DNA of 41,935 nt from NCBI GenBank assembly GCA_051942205.1, contig JAVECO010000191.1, forward strand, positions 1-41,935, written 5' to 3'. This document shows, one piece after another, positions 11,026 through 20,902 of this stretch. Source of the stretch: Coniocarpon cinnabarinum. Taxonomy: Eukaryota. The notes beneath the pieces are model-generated. The model was not told the origin of the DNA, ran no database searches, and saw only the letters and a program-made list of their open reading frames with translations. The position numbers were made by a program, and so were the translations under genes. Numbering within the stretch: the first letter of the stretch is position 1; each line of letters starts with the position of its first letter.

Positions 11026-12716
11026 ATGAGCCTTGACTTAAGGCTTTACGCCGAAGTTCTTCTCAATATTAGGAGCGTCTCAGTCGTCGCTCAAGCTACT
11101 TCATCCCATCCAGAAGAGCATACTGTCGTGCTTTCGGCATCAGATAGGCAGATCTTTGCCGTTTTGGATAACCTCACAGCATCTTTTGAGCTTCCTTACA
11201 CCATTAACAAAGTCTTCAAGTCAAGCAAAGTCGTAAGCCTTTCCAACTCACCACAGAGTATTGAAGCTCGACTGCCTCTCGATCTTAACACTGTTACCCG
11301 GCCGTCCGGTGAGAGCGAGGATGCACTTTGGTCAGCTTCATCTCTCAACAGCGACAGCTGTTTCCACTGCCGCCAATGCCATTCCATGATTGTATCAAGT
11401 GAGGCTCTGAAGCAATGGAAGGACCTTCCTTCTGAAGGATGGGCAGAGATGATGGACTTCTGGCACTGCCACAAGCCACCTCTACCTAACGGAGCCACCT
11501 TCCATCAAACATCACATGCCAAAGGCTATGCCGCTCATAACCGGATCCAGTCCCAACAAGGTGTCGGTCTCATCAACGCATCGAACATTCTCGTGCACCA
11601 TGACGACTGCCAAGCCCTAGAGGTGAGTCACATATATATTCCTCCCCGGCCCTCTCTTCCTCTTTCTTTCCTTCTTCCCTCTTTCTCTTCACAAAGAGCC
11701 TCGCTCTCTTGCAAGGTGCTTCCCAGGAAGCGCGAACGGATGAAATCGGAAAGACGTTAGTGGACCAGTCTGTGCCTTGGGGCCTCACTGGAGATGACCC
11801 GCATATGTCTGATACTACGCATCCGAGAAGAATAGCGCGCGCTGAACCCTGGACTGCGAAAGCGGTCTTTTGTGTGTTCAGGCGTAGACTACACATCGAC
11901 CCGATTCGGGATGACCGTCGCGTCTTTGGTGCTGCGCTCTCGCCCGTGGCATGGAAGAGGGATGGGCTTGATGTGGAGACATTTTTTGTGTATATAGAAG
12001 GAATGATATTCTCTTCGCTGTCGTCTACGTCTTCAACTGTGTTCTATCGTGTTGAAAGCTCTGCTGATGTCCTGATGTAGGTGTCAGACACCGCTCTTAC
12101 CTGTGCAAACTGCCATGCCAGCGTCGGAGATGCGATTGATGCTACAAGCTACCGCCTTCACAAACACGCCCTCGCTGTTGCATCCCTCACAGAGCGACAA
12201 CCCACATCGCCACCGCTCGAGCACTGGCTCTCCGCCGCCATTCTCACGACCATTGACGCGTTCGCATGTCGGCGCCTCCTTTTCTATCCACCACAATTAT
12301 CCTCAACTCGACCCTCTCAATCCTCACCACAATCAAATCCCTTTGGAGCCAACACACCTCAAACTCTCCTCCTCTGGATCATAACACCAAATCTCTACAT
12401 AGCATCCGCTCATGCCTCCCGCCATAAAACCGTCGACGCCACCGCTCTCGCCGACGCCACCACCCACAGCACCACCACTGCCGAATCTCCACCCCTCGAG
12501 AAAACAACCCCCTTCCCCGCCATGAAAATCCTTCATCGCTCTCTGACACCCCAAAAAGCCACAGAGGCTTCCAGAAAATCCGACATCGAAGAGCTCGAAC
12601 TCCCAGAATTGCTCGCCACAGAATTGATGCTGAGGTTAGAAATGAATAGGGCTTCGATGCCAGACTATGCGAAGAAGATGGGGGAGTGGCACGTCAGTTT
12701 TCTGAGACGTCACTAG
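11026..12716 (+). CDS. IPA1: HECT_2 / E2-binding protein, Ipa1/UBE3D family
   Basis: Exon 11026-11622 with CRQC and the hallmark WKDLPSEGWAEMMDFWHCHKP. Phase-0 intron 11623-12080 (GTGAGT..GCTGAT..TAG, 458 nt). Exon 12081-12716 with LTCANC, LLLWIITPN, AMKILH and the terminal WHVSFLRRH. Confidence 0.88.
11735..11984 (+). ncRNA. Intronic box H/ACA guide RNA, three hairpins; the first pocket matches the U2 snRNA branch-site region (snR81-like)
   Basis: Hairpin 1: CGGATG(11737-42)/CATCCG(11820-25), upper stem AGACGT/ATGTCT, box H AGAAGA 11826-31. Hairpin 2: GCGC-CTGAAC/GTTCAG-GCGT with a GGACTGC-GAAA-GCGGTCT apical stem, box H AGACTA 11886-91. Hairpin 3: CACATCGA/TTGATGTG, then ACA at 11979-81 followed by a T run. 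Pocket strands GGAA and GATACTACG pair with U2 UGUAGUAUC-U-G-UUCU. Confidence 0.8.
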
Positions 12717-12839
12717 CCTTGAAGCGTCGCTGCTTTTGGAATGGTAGTGGTTTCAAAACGTCGCAGGCTTTGGAGCTGCGCCGCTGGCATTTGAGAAGCC
12801 ATTGAGGCTGAACAGAACACGCATACGACGACGACGCAC

Positions 12840-13102
12840 ACCACCAACACCATCCTCGCCAAATCTACTACCTCAAGAAATCAAGACCACACCCCTTTCC
12901 ACTATGAAAATCTTCCATCGCCTACTCTCAGCCTCAGAAGCCACCAAGGCTTCCAAAAATCCAACGTCGAAGCGCATGAACTTCCATCATCTTTAAGAAA
13001 TTCATGATGTTGAGATTGGACACGAACAGGCTTTGACGCCAGAGGCTTTGACGCCAGAGAGTGCAAAGAAAGTGGATGAATGGCGTGTTGGATTTCGAAA
13101 AG
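12840..13102 (+). pseudogene. Decayed tandem duplicate of the IPA1 3' coding end
   Basis: TTPLSTMKIFHRLLSASEATKASK aligns with IPA1 TTPFPAMKILHRSLTPQKATEASR. Nucleotide similarity continues to gcaaagaaagtggatgaatggcgtgt vs gcgaagaagatgggggagtggcacgt, with frameshifts and a 15-bp internal duplication. Confidence 0.75.
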
Positions 13103-13792
13103 CTTTGAGCTTGGAATGAATGGCGCCAACATGAGCAATAGCCTATGCAATAGCTAGAATAATTGACACTCAGAATGGTCATGTGATACGTCTTCGCCTA
13201 TCGAGGCAGCACTTGGTTGCAAGACGAGACTTGGTGAATGACAGCGAACGGGGTGCTTGTACCTGTCTGTGGGTATGGCAATGGTGGTAACAAGGCTGTC
13301 AAGAATACGTAGATGTATCGCGATCAATAATTGATTCATGGCTGATGCTCACGAGAGCATCGACTTCGTGAATGAGCTGCCACTTGTACTTAATTTTAGA
13401 CTTACAAAGTGGCGAGGTCGGCAGCCTATTCGTGCCGAACAGGCAAGCCATGGTGGCAAACAAACGCGTGCCTCCAGTTGCCTAGATGACACATACAAAA
13501 GCATTTTGAAACCCTCAGATCAAAAACGTCCTTGATTTTCACACTTTTTTTGTGTGTTTCGATTCATATACATCATTACATCAACACCTGAGACAGGAGT
13601 ACATGTCAAAGCTAGGAACAGTCGTCACTGCCAACTCCGACAACAGCAGAAGAAGGCTACATACACAACGTAACCATTCGCAGGACATTCCCTCCCCTTT
13701 CCTTCACTGAAAACCCATTCGGTCCTGCATCGTCCTTCAAGCACTTTGTCGTCCGCGCAGTCCTGCCCTGCTCCCTTCATTCCTAGCCTCTA

Positions 13793-16066
13793 TCACTGAT
13801 GAGAGGGCTCGCCGCCCTGAAACATAAGATCCGGAAACAAACTCTGGTCGTCTCCAGTAGCCATGAGTTGGGGAAAGTCCGGGTTCGTGTAGGCACTCGT
13901 GTCGAAATCCTCCATCCATGCTTCACGAGGCAGAGTGGCATCAATATTGTTGAACCAATCTTTTGACGGATGCATGTCAGTCATGAAAAATTCAGGTGCC
14001 TCTGGATTGGTCATGAGAGTTGGATCTTTGAAATTGAGTGTCCTCTGAATGTCTTCCTCAGAGAAGTCGGTAACATCGGTGCCGATATTTGAAGGCGTGG
14101 GATATCCATATAAGTCTTGGTCATCAGTGTCCATTGAGACTTGCGGCATGCCCTGGCCAACGCCGAGGAACGCATCATTCCCAGTCGGGCCAACATTGGT
14201 AGCTGGGGGGAAAAACGTAGAGTCACCCTGCATGAAAGTTGGGTCGTTGGGGGAAGGCGAGAACTCATGTTCTGGCGCTGAGTATGGAGACGGATTGTAG
14301 GTAAGACTTGGGGTTGACATCGGTTGATAAACAGATCCTTCACTGGGAGAGACTGCGCTTGGTGTGGCACCGATGTCTGTGCCAGCTTGTTGTTGATCCT
14401 CTTGCAACATCGGTGTCAAATGCTCACCCTTGCGGGACTTGGAGCGGACATATTTGTAACCATGAGTCTTCTCCATGTGCTGCTTGCAGTTGGACTCACG
14501 CTTGGAGGAGTAAGAGCAACCTTGAAAGATACAATTGTACATGGCTGGTGTGGAGGTATGACGGTCATTGATATGACGGTCACGCTCCTTTTCGGTGGGC
14601 CAACCGAGCTCATGGTACTTGCAACCTGCCTCTGGACACTTCCATGGGCGGCTGTGAGTTTTCTCGTGCTTGGTGAGATCACAAGGTCGCTTGAACCACT
14701 TCAAGCACTGTTGACATTGCTGCCAATCAATCTTGCCCTGATCACACTTACGCTTACGAGCCATGGACGCTTCGGCATCGTCACCGAATGCGTCGTCATC
14801 ATCAATCTTACGCTTGCCGGTATCAATGGCCAGGCGCTCACCATTTGGCCGCTCACGAACAAGTTCCGCGGGCGTGCCATCGTCGGAGAGACCACCTTTG
14901 AGGCGTAGCTTCTCTCCTCTGTAAAGTATGATTAATAAGTCTGTTGATGAGTCACTGGTGGTTACTGGGGCTACTAACGGTGTCCAATCTTCCTTCGCGA
15001 GCGCTTTACCCTCGCGCTGCTTCTGTCGAGATATAGCCATGATTCTTGCGTATTGTCGGACCTGTTGAACCAAATCAAGGAAGTAGTTGTTAGTGTACGG
15101 TCGATCTGTTGTACGGCGCTGGTCGCGTTCGTTCAAGTGGTCGACAGTCGTGTGCACGGCTTGGATCGACGTCTCAGCGAAGTTGAGGTATGAAGCCGCG
15201 GATTTGGCTTTGGACTTCGCAGAGAGAAACGCATAAGCAAGCGAAGCTTCGCCTTCACGAAAGTTGGTACTCACTGGGGCTAGATAAATCAAAGTCTTTT
15301 CTAAATCACGCAAACATGTTATGTTCCGATCACCAATACGCTGAGGAATATCCTCAACAAGGCTGTGGTAGTCTTTCAATCGATTTTCGTTCAGGATAGG
15401 TTCGACGATGTGCTCCTGAATCTTCTTGGTAGCGTAATCGCTGAGAAAGTGTTCCCCACGATTGCGAAGTGTAGGTGTCTGCGGGGACGACACTGGTTGA
15501 TGTACAGAATGTTTGGCCGCCTCTTGAACTTCGTGTAGATCTGCGTGACCAGGTTCGGATGAGTCACAGAAACGACACTGGCGCAGATTGTCGGTAGATG
15601 GGTCTGACTCACCACTGATAGAAGTACCGAGACCACTATCAGAGGCGTGCTCATGCGCGTTGGCGGCAAGGGTCTTGCGAATAAGCTCTTGCTGTTTCTG
15701 GTCGACATCAACATCCATACGATCGTAGCCGGAAGCGGCATGGGCGATCAGGAATCTGGGTACCGGAAATGCGTCCTTGTCATTCAGATCAACCTCCTTC
15801 ACACCATCCAAACTCTTGTTGATAGAGTTCAGGACGTTGGATATACGAGCATCCGCATATGCCAAAGCCTCAGCCAAGCCTTCTGGAGAGGTGAGCGATC
15901 GGCGTGGAATTGAAGCCACATCCAAGACCGGATCATTGGACGCCGAAGGAGGAGACTTTGGCGAATGGAACGTCTCGCCTTTGCTGATTGATAAGCCTTC
16001 CAGTGAAGGAATTTGGACGTTCGGAGAAGCCGCCCGGCGTTTGGGGTGGACAGAGGTAGGAGACAT
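13793..16066 (-). CDS. ace1: C2H2 zinc-finger transcription factor Ace1/SltA (StzA)
   Basis: Three fingers: CQQCLKWFKRPCDLTKHEKTHSRPWKCPEAGCKYHELGWPTEKERDRHINDRH and CIFQGCSYSSKRESNCKQHMEKTHG. Also SDSGLGTS, ITCLRDLEKTLIYLAP and DRPYTNNYFLDL. First ATG at 16066 (the track start 16072 is TTG). Probable introns 15612-15541, 15274-15215 and 14978-14919. Confidence 0.93.
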   Translation of the reverse strand: MSPTSVHPKRRAASPNVQIPSLEGLSISKGETFHSPKSPPSASNDPVLDVASIPRRSLTSPEGLAEALAYADARISNVLNSINKSLDGVKEVDLNDKDAFPVPRFLIAHAASGYDRMDVDVDQKQQELIRKTLAANAHEHASDSGLGTSISGESDPSTDNLRQCRFCDSSEPGHADLHEVQEAAKHSVHQPVSSPQTPTLRNRGEHFLSDYATKKIQEHIVEPILNENRLKDYHSLVEDIPQRIGDRNITCLRDLEKTLIYLAPVSTNFREGEASLAYAFLSAKSKAKSAASYLNFAETSIQAVHTTVDHLNERDQRRTTDRPYTNNYFLDLVQQVRQYARIMAISRQKQREGKALAKEDWTPLVAPVTTSDSSTDLLIILYRGEKLRLKGGLSDDGTPAELVRERPNGERLAIDTGKRKIDDDDAFGDDAEASMARKRKCDQGKIDWQQCQQCLKWFKRPCDLTKHEKTHSRPWKCPEAGCKYHELGWPTEKERDRHINDRHTSTPAMYNCIFQGCSYSSKRESNCKQHMEKTHGYKYVRSKSRKGEHLTPMLQEDQQQAGTDIGATPSAVSPSEGSVYQPMSTPSLTYNPSPYSAPEHEFSPSPNDPTFMQGDSTFFPPATNVGPTGNDAFLGVGQGMPQVSMDTDDQDLYGYPTPSNIGTDVTDFSEEDIQRTLNFKDPTLMTNPEAPEFFMTDMHPSKDWFNNIDATLPREAWMEDFDTSAYTNPDFPQLMATGDDQSLFPDLMFQGGEPSHQ

Positions 16067-17707
16067 GGTCAAACGAGTGGACCAATCTCGCTTTTATATG
16101 CAGACAGGGCCGGTCTGAAGCTAACCCCTCTTGCCTGGCGAATTGTTGTGTTGCTGGGTCTGAGTCACTGCAGCCTACTAATTGGCTGCTGGACTCATAG
16201 ATCCCGGCGGCGTTTTCAGGTCGACTGCGGCGGTGTCTGGCCAAATCAATGATAAAGATGAAATCCTTGAAGCATCAGATGTCTGTTAGTGACGTTCAAA
16301 GCGGCTCAGGGGAGGACCAGAGGAGGATGGAGGGTGGAAGAATGTAGAGGGAGGCGATGCGGTCCAAGTCATACGGCTGCCTCAGCGCGCTGCTGCCTGG
16401 AGCAAATGCGAGCTAACCCCAATTGAGCCGGGCTAAGACCGCCTTCCGCTCCAATCCCGCTTCAGCTTGCAGAAGAACAGCATGGAATTCTGCTGTCTTG
16501 AAAGGGGGCGATTGCTCGGGGCGCCATCAATACCTCTGTGATTCGTCAGAAACATACAATAGCTGGCGTGGTGATAGCGGGGACGGACAGACGTCGTCTG
16601 TCAGAAGTTAGATCGAAGGGAGGAGCCAAGAGCGAGATTTGTCACGTGCTTTGCCATGCTTGCTTACGTAATACACGTGCACGTAGGCTAATCGACCGCA
16701 ATTACGGAGTACCAGCCAAACCCTTACATTAGTAAGCTATGAGCACTGATCAGACCGCCACTTGCGTCCACTGCGTGCAGGTCGATGAGAGTTTCTAATT
16801 TTCCGATGCTAGAGGATCAGCATCTTGGTGAACCTGTTGCTGGATGCATTTATCGATGGCAGTGACTCTGCTCCCTCAGCGCGTCACGCTGAAGTACTGT
16901 GAATACGTGAGAATGCTGTTGCACGCAGAATCTAGACTTGTAAGTTGAGTTGAGAAATATGTAAGACAGTACTATTATTGGGAAATGTAAAGCTACACAA
17001 CAATCTTCTTGCATTCGTACGCTTGTTCGCGCAGAGGTTGGCACTCAAATGGGTGAGTTTGTAATTTTAAACAAGCTAAGAGAGATCATCTGTCGCCACC
17101 TACTTATAAGACGAAAGCACCGCAACTCAATGTGTTTGGCAGCAGTTGATCGTCCGCTCTCCTTGACCCTTGGTCTCTTAAGATTGTGAAGTTTGAGAGG
17201 TCTCGATAGAAGCATCAGCGGTTTCTACCTGTCTAGCATCCCACATCATGTGATTCCAAGACGACCCACCATGAAGTCCCAACGCTGCAGCCGCTGTTCT
17301 CGTGGGCATGCTACACAATAGAATCATACAGAACGCCCGCCGAGCCATGTCCCACACACCGTGAGTCTCAATGTGTGTCATGAGGCTAAGAACGATATCT
17401 CGTCCACAGGTAGGCACCACTTCCAACTACCTAGGTACATAATGTCTTCACCGACATTTGCCTTGGCCCCTATTCCATTTGTCTACCACCTTGCAACAAG
17501 TGCCTGGTGTCTCAGGCCCTCACTCGCTTAAAGCCGCTCTTTCCTTCTTGGGACGTCTGTGAAATATTTACACCTCAACCCACTCCCGCAACTCTTGCTC
17601 TCACTTTCACTTCAAGAACCCACTTTCTTTTGTTGCCGTCGTCGTTGAACCCGTTTCGTGACCGTAGATCTTGATTGCATTGCTCTAACTCTCCGTGAAG
17701 GCCAACC

Positions 17708-19931
17708 ATGAATGGTCCCAACGGCATCTTTGGCGCCGCCGACGCGTCTGCTGCCAATGGCAGCTGGGCCACGCCCTCGCAATCTGACGCGAAGACGGCG
17801 ACGACTCAATCTACGCCACTTGTTACCTCAGGAGACGATTGGGATGCTGCTTCCCAGCACGATGAAGGTTGGGGAAATGGTGCCGACGCCGGCGACGATT
17901 CAGGTAGGCAAAATCTCTATCACGGCTCCAAAATCTGAGCACTAATTTTTCACTCTTCACAGCTCAGCCTGATGCAGCCCAGAAAGACGCGACCATTCCA
18001 AATGTTGACCCCAAAAAGTATGGATGGGTCGAAAAAGAGCAGCTGAACTCTCTTGTCTCCATGGCTGCGGAGAAGGACCTCGTTGGCCGTTCAGACGTTC
18101 CCCAGTGGTCATCCGAGGCCCGTAAATACGAGTGGCACGATGACTACGGTGAGGTCGGACCCGAGGACCCCGAGCTTGAACACGAGCTCTTTGAAGAAAC
18201 TTATCGCACTGTCAAAGGCGAAGACATCGGTCTCATTGGAGAGATCGAGGTTGAGCTCTCCTCCCAGGAGCAGTACAAGGCAGTCGATACCGTAAGTTCA
18301 TGATCTTAAATCCATTATGTTCGCTCAGACTGACATCGACCAGATGGATCAGGCGGGTTTGCATCCGTTGTTGCTCGAGAACCTAAAGAAGGCTGGCTAC
18401 GGACAGACAACGCCCATTCAAGCGTACACGATTCCTGTTGCCATGGCTGGCAAAGACGTGCTCGGTGTCTCTCAGACCGGTGAGCTGCTATCTCCTTATT
18501 AGTCTGGCTTTCCAACAGACTTCAAAGCTAACAGTGCCTCAGGCTCCGGCAAGACTGTGGCGTTTCTGACGCCAGTGCTTTCCAAGTTGATGGGGAAAGC
18601 ACGTCAACTTGCGAAACCAAAGCCTAACCCAGACACTTATGATCAAAACACCAACGGCATCACTGCCGAGCCGCTCGTACTCATCATTGTCCCAACACGC
18701 GAGCTTGCCCAACAGATCCATTCGGAAGCGCGTCGTTTGTGTTACCGTTCCATGCTTCGTCCTTGCTGCGTGTACGGTGGCGCGAGCACTGCTATCCAAA
18801 TCAATGATCTGATGCGTGGTTGCGACATTCTCATCGGTACTCCTGGCCGCTTGCGAGATCTGGTCACCACTCGTGGCAAAGTAAGTACATTCTCAACTTG
18901 ACACCAACTTACGTTGTCATCGTCTTCTCTGACGTCCATTAACAGGCTCTGTCACTTGCTCGCCTTAAATACACTATTCTCGATGAGGCTGATGAGTTGC
19001 TGGACGTGGACTGGGAGGACCAGCTTGCTCCAATGATTACGGGACCCACCGCCTACTACTCTGAAGACCGTCAATACATGATGTTTTCTGCCACATTTAA
19101 TCGCGCTGCCCGCGAGGCAGCTTCGAAGTTCCTCTCCGACGAATACGTCAGAATCACTGTAGGTCGTCTGGGTTCAACTCATCGAGCCATTCATCAGGTC
19201 CTGGTCTGGTCGGAGGATGATTACAAGCGCAAGGCCCTAATTGACGTTCTCATGGCGCTTCCGGTTGCCCGCACCATGGTCTTTTGCGCTTCCATCGATC
19301 GCGCCATCGCTATCGACGACTTTCTCTACCGTATGAACTTTCCCTCCAACGCTCTGACCAGTCGAATGACCCAGCGTGAACGTGAAGAGGCCATGGCAAA
19401 GTTCCGCCGTGGTAGCTCTCCGATTTTGGTCACGACATCTCTGGCCGGGCGTGGTATCGACGTCGAGAGAGTTCAACACGTCGTGAATTATGACATGCCA
19501 TCGGTGCAACAGGGAGGGATCGGCACCTACTGTCATCAGATTGGTCGCACTGGGCGTATTGGAAATAAGGGCCAGGCTACCTCGTTCATCAACGATCGCT
19601 GCGCCGATCTTCTGCCAGACTTGGCGAAGTTACTTCTGGAGTGCGACCACAGCTTACCGGAGTGGCTGGAGCCGTATGCGCCTGTAGATGGCATTGTCAA
19701 GTGGGATGATGATGGCAAAGACGGTGACGATCCAACGACGACGGACCCATTCGGCACCGGAAATGGTCAAGGCGCAGGAGACTCGTGGGGTGGTGGAGGT
19801 AGTGGAGGTAGTGGAGGCGAGTGGAAGCAGGGTGACAAATTCGACGAGCCTGCAGCCACTTCATCCGAAGCGTAAGTTAAGAATGCCTGTTTGCCGTTCC
19901 GCCACGCAAGCTAATCGTTGACAGGTGGTAA
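17708..19931 (+). CDS. DEAD-box RNA helicase, Ded1/DDX3/Vasa-like paralog
   Basis: Exons 17708-17903, 17963-18291, 18344-18479, 18543-18880, 18946-19871 and 19925-19931, all GT-AG and in frame. Motifs GYGQTTPIQ (Q), SQTGSGKT, PTRELA, GTPGRL, DEAD, SAT, LAGRGID, HQIGRTGR; ends ...EAW*. Confidence 0.9.
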
Positions 19932-20039
19932 ACGCGTGAGCTTGGCTCCTGACTTTGATGTCAATGCAATAGCAACGGTGTTCTCAGGGTATGGTTTTGT
20001 ATTACCGTATGAGAGGATTTGTTCTACTGTGGTGGAGTG

Positions 20040-20150
20040 ATAGTGACACGAGCACATGCGAAACGGCCGAGCGTCCATAGTGACATGAGCACATTCGAAA
20101 CGGCCGAGCTTCCATACTGATACGAACGCATGCGAAACGGCCGAGCTTCG
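20040..20150. repeat. 37-bp tandem repeat, 3 copies
   Basis: atagtgacacgagcacatgcgaaacggccgagcgtcc / atagtgacatgagcacattcgaaacggccgagcttcc / atactgatacgaacgcatgcgaaacggccgagcttcg. Confidence 0.9.
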
Positions 20151-20902
20151 AAAGTGCGATTGAACGGCCTCTGTCGTTTATGAATTGAATCCCCTCTTTT
20201 GTCGAAACTCTTCTTCTTCTCCTCTTTTAACTATGTCTACTTGTACACTGTGCTTTCTATTTTGATGAAGGAACGACGCTGAGCGGCGGGCGAGTGAGTG
20301 GAGTGCATCACTTGATGACCATCAACAAGCTCGGATCCCTGTGGCCGTTGAGCCTGTCATCGACGTGACGACGTCGTGCACAGGCCTTCGTGTGATTTCA
20401 ATGAAGCCGACCTTGAGAAAATTGCGTCGCCATCTATGCCTATGTCTATTACTCATCGTACGCCCTGTCACGAGCTGTTTTCCTACAGTCTATCTCAGGA
20501 CAAGGGGCGTCATTCTCAAGACACGGGACGGGAGGGGATTCAGAAGCACTTTGGTTCCAAGGAGGATTGCTGTATGCTTTAATCTTCGGTCGCTATATTG
20601 CTGCTATGCTGCATCTCTGACATACGTGGGGTCTTTGTGTCCAGGGGCTTTTCTGGCTTGTCTATCCTGGTATTTGAGTGCTATGGCACTGTTCCTGACT
20701 CCAAACGCAGTTCCCCTACCAGCCTTTCCGTCTTTCATCCTTACCAGGTCCTCAGCAATCACGAATACCCAACCCTCTCCCTCCCAACCCCTCCTTAGTC
20801 TTTAATCCTCAACCCCACGCGCCCAAAACCCAATCACCGATCCCCAACACTCAAGCCCATCCCTCCTCATCAACCAAAGCCAAAACAAAGAAGAGAAGTA
20901 AG

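Noticed and set aside
11623..12080. ORF extensions 11026-11760 and 11709-12080 as coding sequence
   Set aside because: They read through the IPA1 intron. A clean phase-0 splice and the RNA structure explain the region better.
1..12716. Secondary-metabolite cluster (methyltransferase, dioxygenase, questin oxidase)
   Set aside because: The dioxygenase is housekeeping Tpa1, there is no PKS/NRPS/terpene backbone gene, and the genes are interspersed with core genes.
16266..16730. ACE1 5'-UTR intron and AGGCA autoregulatory sites
   Set aside because: CTAAC and GTAAG signals exist on the minus strand but the boundaries cannot be fixed without transcripts. A 5-mer motif occurs by chance.
20040..20150. 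37-bp repeats as a CRISPR array
   Set aside because: Head-to-tail tandem units with no unique spacers, no cas genes and a eukaryotic context.
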